From the NCBI GenBank assembly GCA_951406725.2, contig OX597818.1, forward strand, positions 17,918,001-17,982,000: DNA of 64,000 bases, written 5' to 3'. Below the pieces are notes generated by a model that did not search any database, was not told the DNA's origin, and saw only the letters and a program-made list of their open reading frames with translations. Origin of the DNA: Octopus vulgaris (taxonomy: Eukaryota). Both the position numbers and the translations under genes were made by a program. Shown one piece after another: positions 52,091 to 64,000 of this stretch. Each line of letters starts with the position of its first letter. Positions within the stretch are counted from its first letter, which is position 1.

Positions 52091-53332
52091 TGAGGGTGGG
52101 CTGAAAAGTTCATAGGCTGACTATGAAGGAGTGATGCCAGAGCTGTGAAATCTTGTTTGCATTAATTTGAACTCTTCTTATTGCATTGTTGCTTTCCAAC
52201 TAAACAGACATCTCACTGCTCAAAGAAGACTTCAAAGTAACTAGTAGCAACTTCTCTTAGGAATGGAGAGAATTTGGTATTGTGGTGTTATCAAGTATAC
52301 ACAGAAAAATGATTTAGCTCCCAATGACATTCATGCTGACACGCTTGCTATGTCAGGAGATGACACTCCAGCTTTATCAACAGTGGGCTGCTGAATTTAG
52401 GAGGAGAATAGAGAGTCTTCAAGATGATCCTAGGTTTTGATGTCCTGCAACTGCCACCACTGAGGAAAACATTGATTATGATCACCACATGGTGATGGAT
52501 GACAGGCAATTGACTATAAACCAGATAGCCAATGCCATTAGCCTATATTGAGAATGTTCTGCACAATGAATTTGGTATGATGAAAATTTCTGCTCAGTGG
52601 GTTCCACATTTCACACCTAATCAAAAGCATACCAGGCTGATCACATCACAGGAAAATCTGACATTGTTTCAGGCATATCCAGATTTCTTTGAACATTCCC
52701 TAACCCATAGTGAGTGTTGAGCTCATTACTTTGAGCCAGAGACAAAGAGACAATCCAAGCAGTGGAAACACCACACCTCACCTCCTCCATCCATCACCTT
52801 CCTCTGCAGGCAAGGTGATGGATTCAGTTTTTTGAGATGCAAAATTCATTGCGTTTATTGACCATCTTCAAAAGGGCCACACCATCAATGGAGAGTACTA
52901 TGCCAATTTGCTGAGGCAGTTTTACAAAAGGCTATCAAGACCAAAAGCCCAGGAAAACTGATGAAAGGGGTTTTTGTTTCACCAGGAGAATGCTCCAGTA
53001 TACAAGTCCTTGCTTTCAATAGCTGCAGTGCATAACTGTGGCTTTGAACTGGTTGATCACCTTCCCTATTCTCCTGATTTGACCTCTTCTGACTATCATC
53101 TGTTCCTCAATATGAATAACACTTGGCTGGGAACCAGTATTGCAGTGATGATGACATCATATTTGCGGTTGTTGAGTATTTTATTTTCAGGATGGAAGCT
53201 TCTTCACCAATGTCATCCAAGCACTGCAACACCAATGGAAGAAGTGTGTAGACTACAAGGGGGAACTATGTTGAAAAGTAAATCTCCTTTGGTTACATTT
53301 CATAAGAATATTTTGGTCAGCCTATGAATTTT
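52091..53332 (+). mobile_element. mariner DD34D transposon, near full length, decayed
   Basis: TA|tgagggtgggctgaaaagttcataggctgac ... gtcagcctatgaatttt (TIR pair, right end eroded). Peptides KISAQWVPH and FHQ(D>E)NAP...HLPYSPDLTSSDYHLF show 34-codon spacing. Confidence 0.9.
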
Positions 53333-53987
53333 AATATTTCATCAATACTGAAAAAAACAACAAAAAAACAAAAAAAAAACAATGTGAGATGTAGATCACA
53401 CAAGCAACACTTTTGATCTCTAAAATATCTGTATGCCCTTCTTAAAAAAAATCCTAATAACAATATTTAAGCAAATAAATAGGCGGAGGGAAATTTCTAG
53501 CTCAGCTGTAGAGTTTGTAGAAATAAACAAGGCCTGAAACTTGATGGGACAAGGATAGATAGTCAATTATATTGGCCCCAGTGGTTGACTGCCATATATT
53601 TCATTGATCCTGAAAGGATGAAAAGCTAAGATGTCCTCTGTTGAATTTGAACTCAGAATGTGAAGGTGGAATACATGCTGTAAAGCATTTTGTCTGGCAT
53701 GCCAATAATTCTGCCAGCTCACTGTTTTAGAATTTATAGTAATAAGCTACCAACATACACACAGGAAAGATACAGCCACCATAAAGGTAGAGTTGTCAGC
53801 TTAACTACTATACTCAATGCTAAAAGACTTATAGCTTTATAATCTCATATTTATATTTTAAAAATCTAGTGGAAAGGACGACTGAACATAAACTGCCTCA
53901 CAACTGGAGTCTTTGAATACCATGCATTATATGTATACTGAATTCTAAGCACTGTTATGGCTAAGCAGAAAATATTGTTTTTGTTCT

Positions 53988-54495
<508 letters not shown>

Positions 54496-54853
54496 AAACG
54501 ATAATATATCTAACACCTTTGGTGATATGAATGTTAAAAAAAAATTCCAACATTAAAGATGACCTGCTACATTACTTAACAGAAGAAAAGTCACAATCAA
54601 GCACCATCATCTCAAAGTGCATAACCTTAGATAATATGTATTACCCTACTTTATAAGAATAGTCTATATAATATCTCAGCAAATAAAACACCAATGTAAT
54701 GCAATAGTGAACTGGTGTCATGAAAATTGATGACAGTTTCATTTATAATAGATTAAAATGTATCTATTCAAATGAAATTAAATATTAAATTCTTTTCTTA
54801 CTTTTGAGAATATCATCATCACATGCAGTACACTTTAAATATATAAATATACT

Positions 54854-54884
<31 letters not shown>

Positions 54885-55055
54885 GTTTTTTTTATAAGAT
54901 ATATATATGTATGTATGCAGACACACACATACATATGTATACATACATATATAAATACATATATATGTATACAAACATATATATATATACACACACACGC
55001 ACATATATATGCATAGATATATATACATACACATACATATATATATATATATATA

Positions 55056-55420
55056 CTAGCAGTATCGCCCAGCGTTGCTCGGATTTGTAAGGGAAATAAC
55101 TATATAAGCATTTTTAGAGAGTTATAGCCAAAAAATAGCAAAAAAATGCATTAAAAATGGAAAAAAAAAATGATGGTAAATTTTTTTTTAAATCGTTGAC
55201 TCATCGTAGACATTTATATAATAGCGAAAAAATGCATTAAAATGGAAAAAAATGATGGTAAATTTTTTTTTAAATCGTCAACTCATCGTAGATGCGCGCT
55301 AATACCCAGAAGGGCTCGATATGAATCACGACTATAAGATACTGCACCGCAAAATGTGGGAGTAGTTAGGAATCTAAATCATAGGAGACAGACACACAAC
55401 CTTACTTTTATACATAAAGA
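55056..55420 (-). mobile_element. non-autonomous Helitron
   Basis: Minus strand A|TC...ccgagcaacgctgggcg-atactg-CTAG|T has a 5' TC, an imperfect subterminal hairpin, a 3' CTAG, an AT target and no TSD. It has an internal ~65-bp duplication. Confidence 0.8.
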
Positions 55421-55458
55421 TATATATGTATGCATAGATATATATACATAGACATATA

Positions 55459-55503
<45 letters not shown>

Positions 55504-55516
55504 TATATATGTATAG

Positions 55517-55557
<41 letters not shown>

Positions 55558-55947
55558 TAGATATATATACATAGACATATATACTTATGTGTATATATAT
55601 ATATGTATGTATAGGCACAGACACAGACATATATGAACACACCAGCATATAGTCTAATGGTTTATGACAGCTGTCAAGTGTACAGCAGACATGTAGTTCA
55701 ATTCCCATATGTAATCCTGTTCACTTGTTTCTCACTGAAATGTCTCTTTTACCTTATATTTTATGAATCATTAATTACTGATGGCTTCATTTCAATCTGA
55801 GCTTCTCAAAACAAAAAAAGACCTTCTTTTCAAATTTTTCAAAACCTCAAAGAAACCTAATATATAATAGATATACACATACAGGCATTAATGCATGTAT
55901 GTATACTCATGCTAGCAAGAGGACATTAAAATGATAATAAAGCTGAT

Positions 55948-56002
<55 letters not shown>

Positions 56003-56697
56003 AAGTCAAGAGGTATGAAAGATGTATATGTTTATTTAACCACTTGACATCTTTATGATTACAGTCATTTTGCAACCATCTTCAAGTTACAATAATTTTA
56101 GTATATGATAAATTATATTTACATGTCTCCATTCATATGCATGCTATGCACTATACAATCCAATCCAATTGTATAATGTACAATATATATATGCATTCTG
56201 GTTGATTCTTCCATGTGCTAATGTGTACCTCCTTATGACAATGTAAACTTTCATAAAATCAAGATATCCTTGGTCTTTAAGAGTAGCCTGTGGTATACAC
56301 CTCGCTTGGATATTGACCACTTCCAAGGTTCCACTCACTATGAAACATATGTAACTTGGATCTTATCTATCCCATTCTTTAACTCTTATTTGTATAGCTG
56401 GAAACCCTGGTCGCCTACCATGAAATATAAAAAGAACATTTTTCAATGTATTGTACTTCAATAAGAAAAAAAATCCGCAACCTTCTGTCTCAATAAACCA
56501 CTATTTACTACAGACTGCTTGAAGCTAACTTTCTTCCTACACCTCGATCCTTGGATCTTATATATATATGTATGTATATATACACACACATACATATATA
56601 TGCATCATTATAATTTTAATGCCCACTATTTACTAACAGATTACTTGAAGTTAATTTCCTTCCTACACCTCAATCCTTGGATCACATATTCATATAT

Positions 56698-56950
56698 ATC
56701 ATCATCATCATCATCATCATCATCGTTTAACGTCCGTTTTCCGCGCTAGCACGGGTTGGACGGTTTCGACCGGGGTCTGGGGAGCTCGGGACTGCCCCAG
56801 GCTCCAATCTAGTCTGGCAGTGTTTCTACAGCTAGATGCCCTTCCTAACGCCAACCACTCCGCGAGTGTAGTGGGTGTTTTTTACGTGCCACCTGCACAG
56901 GTGCCAGAGGGGTCTGGCATCGGCCACGTTCGGATGGTGCTTTTTATGTG
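56698..56950 (-). mobile_element. RTE 3'UTR copy (family A)
   Basis: (cat)n cgtttaacgtccg...gatgcccttcctaacgccaaccactccg... Confidence 0.85.
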
Positions 56951-57224
56951 GGGGGTGGTGCAGAAATATAGGGGAGCACCAGTGGAGAGGGGTGGTTCAG
57001 AGAAATGATGACAGGTTCTAGGCAAGTAGAACGTAGGATATCGAGAGAGGGGTAATGCATGGTGAAATAGCGTATTGAAGAGGGGGGTTCGAAGAGTAGA
57101 CACCTATAATGGTGGTGGGAGAAGCGACATCCGGTATAGATAGAGCAAAATATAGAGATATCCGGTATTGGTGGTGGGGGTGGGCAGGGCGATTGAAGAT
57201 ACGAAGTTTGATTTTAGACGAATG

Positions 57225-57256
<32 letters not shown>

Positions 57257-57384
57257 GAAATTAGATAGATAGAGAAATTTGATAAATAGTTAGACAGATA
57301 GAGAAACATAAATAAATGGTAACCGAAGTGAAAATTAAGCATTCAACTTATCTGCACTCAGGACTACAGCTTGTAGATGAATGA

Positions 57385-57416
<32 letters not shown>

Positions 57417-57485
57417 ACATATGTGTATTAGAGGGGACATACTTCAAGATGGCGCGAAGATACGAAGTTTGATTTTAGACGAATG

Positions 57486-57525
<40 letters not shown>

Positions 57526-57930
57526 GAAATTAGATAGATAGAGAAATTTGATAAATAGTTAGACAGATAGAGAAACATAAGAGGGAGTATCTGGTGTAGA
57601 TGGTGAGAACAGTGTTCACCGGTATTGGTGGTGGGGGTGGGAGAACGGGCGCACCGCGCATTGGGAGAAGATGAGGTTTTAGGCGGCAGAAAGAAGACAG
57701 GATTGAGATGAAATGCTTTGCGGTGTGTGAATAAGTTTTTGTGAGTGAAAGTTTTTATGCTTCAGCTAGCATTTGAGACGAAAGACAACGATAACGCTAT
57801 TAGATGGGGATACAATAATAATAAGGCTTGCAAAAACAATGAAAAGAGGAAACAGGTCGGGAACTTAGCTGATGTTTTTCATCCTGCGGTATTGGCTAAG
57901 CCTGTGGAAGCGAGTGAAGGTGAGATATAT

Positions 57931-57969
<39 letters not shown>

Positions 57970-58230
57970 GAGAGAGTGAAAAACAGAGGGAGAACCGACA
58001 CCACATAGCGAGAGAGAGAGAGAGAGAGAGACATAGTGACACCGCGCATTGGGAGAAGATGAGGTTTTAGGCGGCAGAAAGAAGACAGGATTGAGATGAA
58101 ATGCTTTGCGGTGTGTGAATAAGTTTTTGTGAGTGAAAGTTTTTATGCTTCAGCTAGCATTTGAGACGAAAGACAATGATAACGCTATTAGATGGGGATA
58201 CAATAATAATAAGGCTTGCAAAAACAATAT
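56950..58230. repeat. unclassified composite segment with interleaved internal direct repeats
   Basis: 57195-57311 matches 57456-57580; 57652-57840 matches 58040-58228; ccggtattggtggtgggggtggg occurs at ~57162 and ~57619. Confidence 0.8.
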
Positions 58231-58388
58231 ATATATATAATGGGAAGCTTTATGAAAATAAACAAAAGATGAAGGCAGGTGGAATACAAACAAACAATTG
58301 TATTAGTATGGCGCTCAGGAATATAAATAAAACAAGTCTTATATATATATATATATATATAAATAAAACAAGTCTTATATATATACAT

Positions 58389-58431
<43 letters not shown>

Positions 58432-58654
58432 CGTGCTGTGGGCACGTAACAAACACCATCCGATCATGGCCGTGCCAGCCTCGCCTGGCACCTGTGTCGG
58501 TGGCACATAAAAAACACCCACTACACTCACGGAGTGGTTGGCATTAGAAAGGGCGCCCAGCTGTAGAAACTCTGCCAGATCTGACTGCTAGCATGGAAAG
58601 CGGACGTTAAACGATGATGATGATGATGATGATGACATACATATATATATACAT

Positions 58655-58689
<35 letters not shown>

Positions 58690-59399
58690 TATATGTATAT
58701 ATATATATATATATGCATTATTATAATTTTAATGTCCACTTTTCTATGCTAGCATAAGCTAGACGGAATTTATTGAAGCAGAATTTCTATGACCAAATGC
58801 ATTCTCTGATACCATCCATCAGACATTTCCAGGCAAAATGATATTTTCCCATGGCCACACATGTTTTAATGGGAAACAGGAAACAAAGGACACTGCTTGT
58901 ATAATAGTGATGTTCATATACAACTATTGCACAATGTCATGACACAGACACAAAAATACAAACACTCATACTTATTATGTATATAGTATTTACAAATACA
59001 TGTGTGCATATGTGTCTGTGTGTGATAGTACACACACAGACACATATATATTTCTTTAGACACATGCATACTTATACACATAATTATACACTTAATTACT
59101 TCTATCATTTGAAAATATATTCTATACATAATACAATACATTGATTTCAACTTTTGGCATGAGGCCAGTAATTTCGAGGCAGGGAGTAAATCGATTACAT
59201 TGACTCCAGTGCTCAACTGGTACCTATTTTATCGACCCCAAAAGAATGAAAGGCAAAGATGACCTTGGTGGAATTTGAACTCAGAACATAAAGACGAACA
59301 AAATGCTGCTAAGCGTCTTGCCCAGCATACTCACAATTCTACCAGCTCTCTGCCTTAACTTAATACAATATATTGCGACCAAAATTGAAGTATAATGAT

Positions 59400-59635
59400 T
59401 TCCTATTTCTTTATTGCCCACAAGGGGCTAAACATAGAGGGGACAAACAAGGACAGACAAAGGGTTTAAGTCGATTACATTGACCCCAGTGCGTAACTGG
59501 TACTTAATTTATCGACCCCGAAAGGATGAAAGGCAAAGTCAAACTCGGCGGAATTTGAACTCAGAATGTAAAGACAGACGAAATGCCGCTAAGCATTTTG
59601 CCCCGCGTGCTAACATTTCTGCCAGCTCACCGCCT
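59400..59635 (-). mobile_element. family B SINE with 17-bp TSD
   Basis: attgaagtataatgatt flanks both ends. A second copy lies at 59146-59357. Confidence 0.9.
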
Positions 59636-61140
59636 ATTGAAGTATAATGATTCCTACACTCATTCAGTTTGTCATTTAACAGCAACAAGACACACAAGTT
59701 AATTATTATATCTGGATATTAAAGGGGTTAAACCTAAGATGATGCACACCACCCTATGCAAACACAGCACCAAATCTAATACTATTAGTTGAATATATGC
59801 TAAAGGTACCAACTTGAGACAAGACACACCACATTATATAAATAGACTACTAAATCAAATGCAGTCACTATTATGAATGTTAAATTACTTGTTAAATCTC
59901 AGTTAAGAAACACTTCTCTAATTGATATACATACATCAGTATGTCTAACACAATTAGTATGAAAACTAACAATATTTAGACCTCAATCAGGATACACCAC
60001 ACCATTCTTTATAAATACACCAGTATATCTAACGCCATTAGTATAATGATTGTTAAAGTGATCATAAGAATGACATGAATCTCATGATGCATATGATAAT
60101 TTGTCATAATAATAATTCCCAGAAGATTCTAGAACATAATCACAACAATTTGATAAAGCAAAGAATCAGGAAGTTGTAATTGTTAATACAAGAAACTCAA
60201 TTAAATGTCTGCAACACACATATATATAGATACGTTTGTATATATATTTATAATATATATTTGCATTGTGTGTGTGTGTGTGTCTATAATTCATCATAGC
60301 TGAAGCTTTACAAACATTACTCAAATTTTGTTGTTTTTTATTCTTGAGATGATCAACAAAAACTAGATATTAGCAATCTAATTTTTACAAAAATGTTTTG
60401 AAAGAATCAGTCAGTTGATGTCGGTGATACTAAAACAGGCAGTACCATGACAAATCCAGACATTTCAGTTGCACTCAATCTCCTCCACAAGGATTGCTTA
60501 TTATCAGCACTACTAAAGAAAACTCGAAATATATGGATTTCTTTTTGTGTGAATACTGTGATCTCTATAATTATCACAATGCTGCTATGATCAAACTTGC
60601 ATTTCCCTTTCTAGTTACAATGAATTCTTTTACTAAAATTTTGGTTATTTTCCCTCTCTTTTTCAACATTCATCATTAAGATAATGTTCCTTTTCTCTTC
60701 ACTTCAAGTGTAATTTTAAGAAATTATAATTTCTTAGTCCACCATATTAATTATTTTAGCACCAACTTTGATATATGGGTTGCATACAGCACAAGTTATT
60801 TTTCTATATTTTTCATTATGTATGTAATATAAGTTATTTTTATACAGCAAGTAAAAATACTTTATCTTTATGTATATTTGCATTGAGTATTCATTCTTTG
60901 CTAGCACAAACTATACACACCATATGTACATATCTACAAAGAATATATTGTAATTTCCAAGCATAATACATGATCATGGTAAGATGAGTAGTGTTCATTT
61001 ATGTGAATGACTGTGTAAAATTATACCTTCTTTTAGAAAAATGGCTAAGCTATTCTTTTCATTTCTAAATTAAAATGAAAGTACACAGGAGTATATAGTG
61101 TATATATATAACTGTTTATCTATCTATCTATATATATATA

Positions 61141-61320
61141 TTCAATAATGGTTTGGCTCATCCACCATGACTTAAAGTTTCATGGGTGTGTGCTATACAC
61201 CTAACTCATCAGAAAATAGGAGCAAACTCTGTTCCTAGTATCTGATGAGATGAGCATGCCTGATATGCAGCCATGAAACCTTAAGTCATGTGGTGCTGAG
61301 GCAAATTGCTATTAAAAATA
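61141..61320. mobile_element. ~180-bp palindromic element with a hammerhead motif in each arm
   Basis: Plus: CTGATGA g atg...cat GAAAC cttaa GTC atg (61242-61290). Minus: CTGATGA g ttaggtgt...acacccat GAAAC tttaa GTC atg. Central hairpin taggagca/tgttccta; TA-rich flanks. Confidence 0.8.
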
Positions 61321-61439
61321 TATGCCTACCAAATGCATTGAGTCCTGCTTTCTTTTGTTTGTTCACTCACTATATATATATATATAATGTTTTGAGTCAT
61401 TTCCTTTAATTGTAATTGCAAACACAGATATATATATAT

Positions 61440-61585
61440 ATCAGAGGTAGCTGTTACAGAATGAAATATGAGCAGTCACCATACTTCATTCCATAACAGC
61501 TACCTCTGATGAGCACAGGATTGCATAACTGGATTGTTACCTAACACTCCATTGAATCCATAGTGTGAAACTGATTGGTAAGATC
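61440..61585 (+). ncRNA. hammerhead motif preceded by an inverted copy of its own 5' flank
   Basis: CTGATGA gcac a ggatt...aatcc ata gtgt GAAAC tgattg GTA agat (61506-61584). The 17-bp perfect stem atcagaggtagctgtta/taacagctacctctgat spans 61440-61510. Confidence 0.75.
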
Positions 61586-62001
61586 GGCCATAATGGATAT
61601 ATAATACTGTACACTTCAGATGATATATTAACATTGAGTGTAGTAGTTCATTTTAGCTGTTCCAATGGCCCAATTACTTAGTCTCTACACCATGATGCCA
61701 CTTCAGGTTGCACATGAAGACAAATTCCACCTCACCAACAGCAGAAGCAATGTGGATAGAAAATATACATATGCTTGTTTTCACATTTATTTTTCTATGC
61801 TAGCATGCATTACACAAATATTTGTGAGGCATTGTTTTACATCTGGTTGCCCTTCTTGACAATAATCTTTATCTGTTTTCAAGTAAGGGATTTCTTTCTT
61901 CAACATGGCTCCAAGTGTGTGTTGCTGACAGAATTGATAACAGTACTGCTACTTTCTTAGAAGTGAATTAAAATGTAAACACAAGAGACACACACACACA
62001 C

Positions 62002-62170
<169 letters not shown>

Positions 62171-64000
62171 GCTTTGATTGGTTCAGAGTTAAAGTAATTG
62201 CCCAAAGTTGAACTGAACTCAAAACCCAATGGCTATGAAGCAAACTTCTTAAGACCTCTGTAACTAGATATATTTGTTTCTATGTGTGTGTGTATAAGTA
62301 TTCCCTTAAATTCAACTCAATTACATTATTTCAATTTTACCTGGCATTTTGTAATTTGTTTTAAAGTATTTTACACACAGAAGGAATAATTTATTTTAAA
62401 ATATTGGCACTTTTCATAATTGTTCTCAATAATTCCCCACTGTTTTTCCCAGCAGTATTTTTCTTTATTATTATTCTGGTGGTGCACAACAATTCTTTAA
62501 ATTGCCAAACAAAATGCATTTGTGTTTGGTTGCATATTTTATAGTTTGAGTATCATTCCTGCACAAGTTGATCTTGTCTTTCAATATTTCAAGGTTGATA
62601 AAATAAAGTGCTAGTAAATTACTAGAAATGTTAGTTCATTAATAAGCCTTACACCAAAATTTGTGGCCTTCTGCCTAAATTCAAAATTATTAATTAATAT
62701 TGCTGTGGACTCCTGAATTAGCAGAATTTTTCAAGTTATTGACAAAATACCTAGAGGTACTTGTTCCAGCTCTTTATGTTCAAACCCTGTTGAGATCAAA
62801 CAATGCTTGTCATCCCCCCCAGAGTTGACAAAAAAAAAAAATACAGGGTTCAGTTTAATCAATCAACCACTCCCACAAAATTTCAGGCCTTGTGCTTATA
62901 GAAACCATTGTTGTGGTGGTGGTGTAAGATTTGTAGAATTGTCAAAGTCTCAAACAAACTAACTGGTGGTATATTTTTTGGCTTTACCTTTCATTCTTCC
63001 AGGGTCCATTACCTAAAATACTTGTCATTTACTGTGGCTGATAATAATCTTTTCTACTCTAGGCACAAGGCCCGAAATTTTTGGAGAGTTGGGGGCAGTC
63101 AATTAGATTGACCCTGAAAAGAAGAAAGGCAAAGTCGACCTCAGCGAAATTTGAACTCAGAATGTAAAGACAGACAAATTACCACTAAGCATTTTTCCTG
63201 TCGTGCTAATCTTTCTGCCAGTTTGCTGCCTTTGTGGCTGATAATATTGGCTAAACCTATCTCTTTGAAATTGCTAGCCTTGTACCAAAATCAGAAATGT
63301 TGTCATCATTATCATCAACAGGATGATAGAGTGGAAGTATGTCTGAAAAAATGCCTTAAGGTATTTTTCTGGCTCTTTATATTCTGAGCTCAGTCTTACC
63401 AGGCTCAACTTTGACTCTCATCTTTTCTCATTTGATTAAATATCAAATATCATTATTATTGTGGTAGAAATATTATTCTTTCAGAATTTAGTTCTAGATG
63501 TCAACTTTCAGTGTTCAAATCTTTTGCTAATGGATTTGACTCTACACCTTCCCACCTGAAGTTCAGCATAACAACTACCATTCATGTATTGAGAAGGGGA
63601 AGCCCATATCCCTTTTCGTAGACCAATGGATTAGAGCAAACTATTGAAGTTTAGTTGTTAGAAGCCAAAGCGAAACAGAAACAAGAAAAATCTAACAGGG
63701 AGCAAGGTCAATTTGAGAAGGAAAGATTGAAAAAAAGATTTTTATCTGAGATCTGTAAGATAGAGAGGAACTTAGCATAGAGTTAGCCACTCAGAGGAGC
63801 ACTGGTTAATGAAGATAAAACAGAGAGGAGAGACAGCTGGACCAAATTTGGTCAAAATTTGAAGAACATCAAGTCATGTTTATGCTATCAGACAGATAAA
63901 TTTCCTCTTATGAGTGGTAGCTGTGATGGTCAGTACCATAAACCAATGGCTCCTAGGGATAGCACAAAAGACTCTATTTCCTGTAGTACATATAAGGAAA

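Noticed and set aside
56040-56095. Degenerate hammerhead on the minus strand (ttgaagatggtt...gtc aagt)
   Set aside because: The GAAA core is absent; too decayed to call.

Overview
This is repeat-saturated, AT-rich animal genomic DNA. The SINE/LINE/microsatellite repertoire looks like octopus (coleoid cephalopod); that assignment is inference from pattern recognition. I could not support any intact host protein-coding gene, rRNA, tRNA gene or CRISPR array, and nearly all ORF-track entries are translated microsatellites or decayed TEs. The window contains two DD34D mariners, one DD37D maT element, a Helitron helicase remnant and a non-autonomous Helitron. It also contains RTE, CR1-type and R4/Dong-type LINE fragments, at least four tRNA-headed SINE families, an unclassified 555-bp element sitting in (ATT)n arrays, and three Penelope-like elements (PLE: RT plus C-terminal GIY-YIG). 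The main signal is a ~3.3-kb head-to-head PLE palindrome (35971-39282, 1-nt spacer) with a hammerhead ribozyme (HHR) motif in each arm. The same fold-back, outward-facing HHR layout recurs in miniature in four unrelated 150-270 bp elements (49.3, 51.7, 61.1 and 61.4 kb), and there are solitary HHR motifs at 6.6 and 40.3 kb. Also seen: a twin-priming-type 5' inversion in an RTE fragment, and a two-donor templated insertion between (TAA)n arrays 4 kb and 27 kb apart. Coordinates of decayed repeats are approximate (read by eye).
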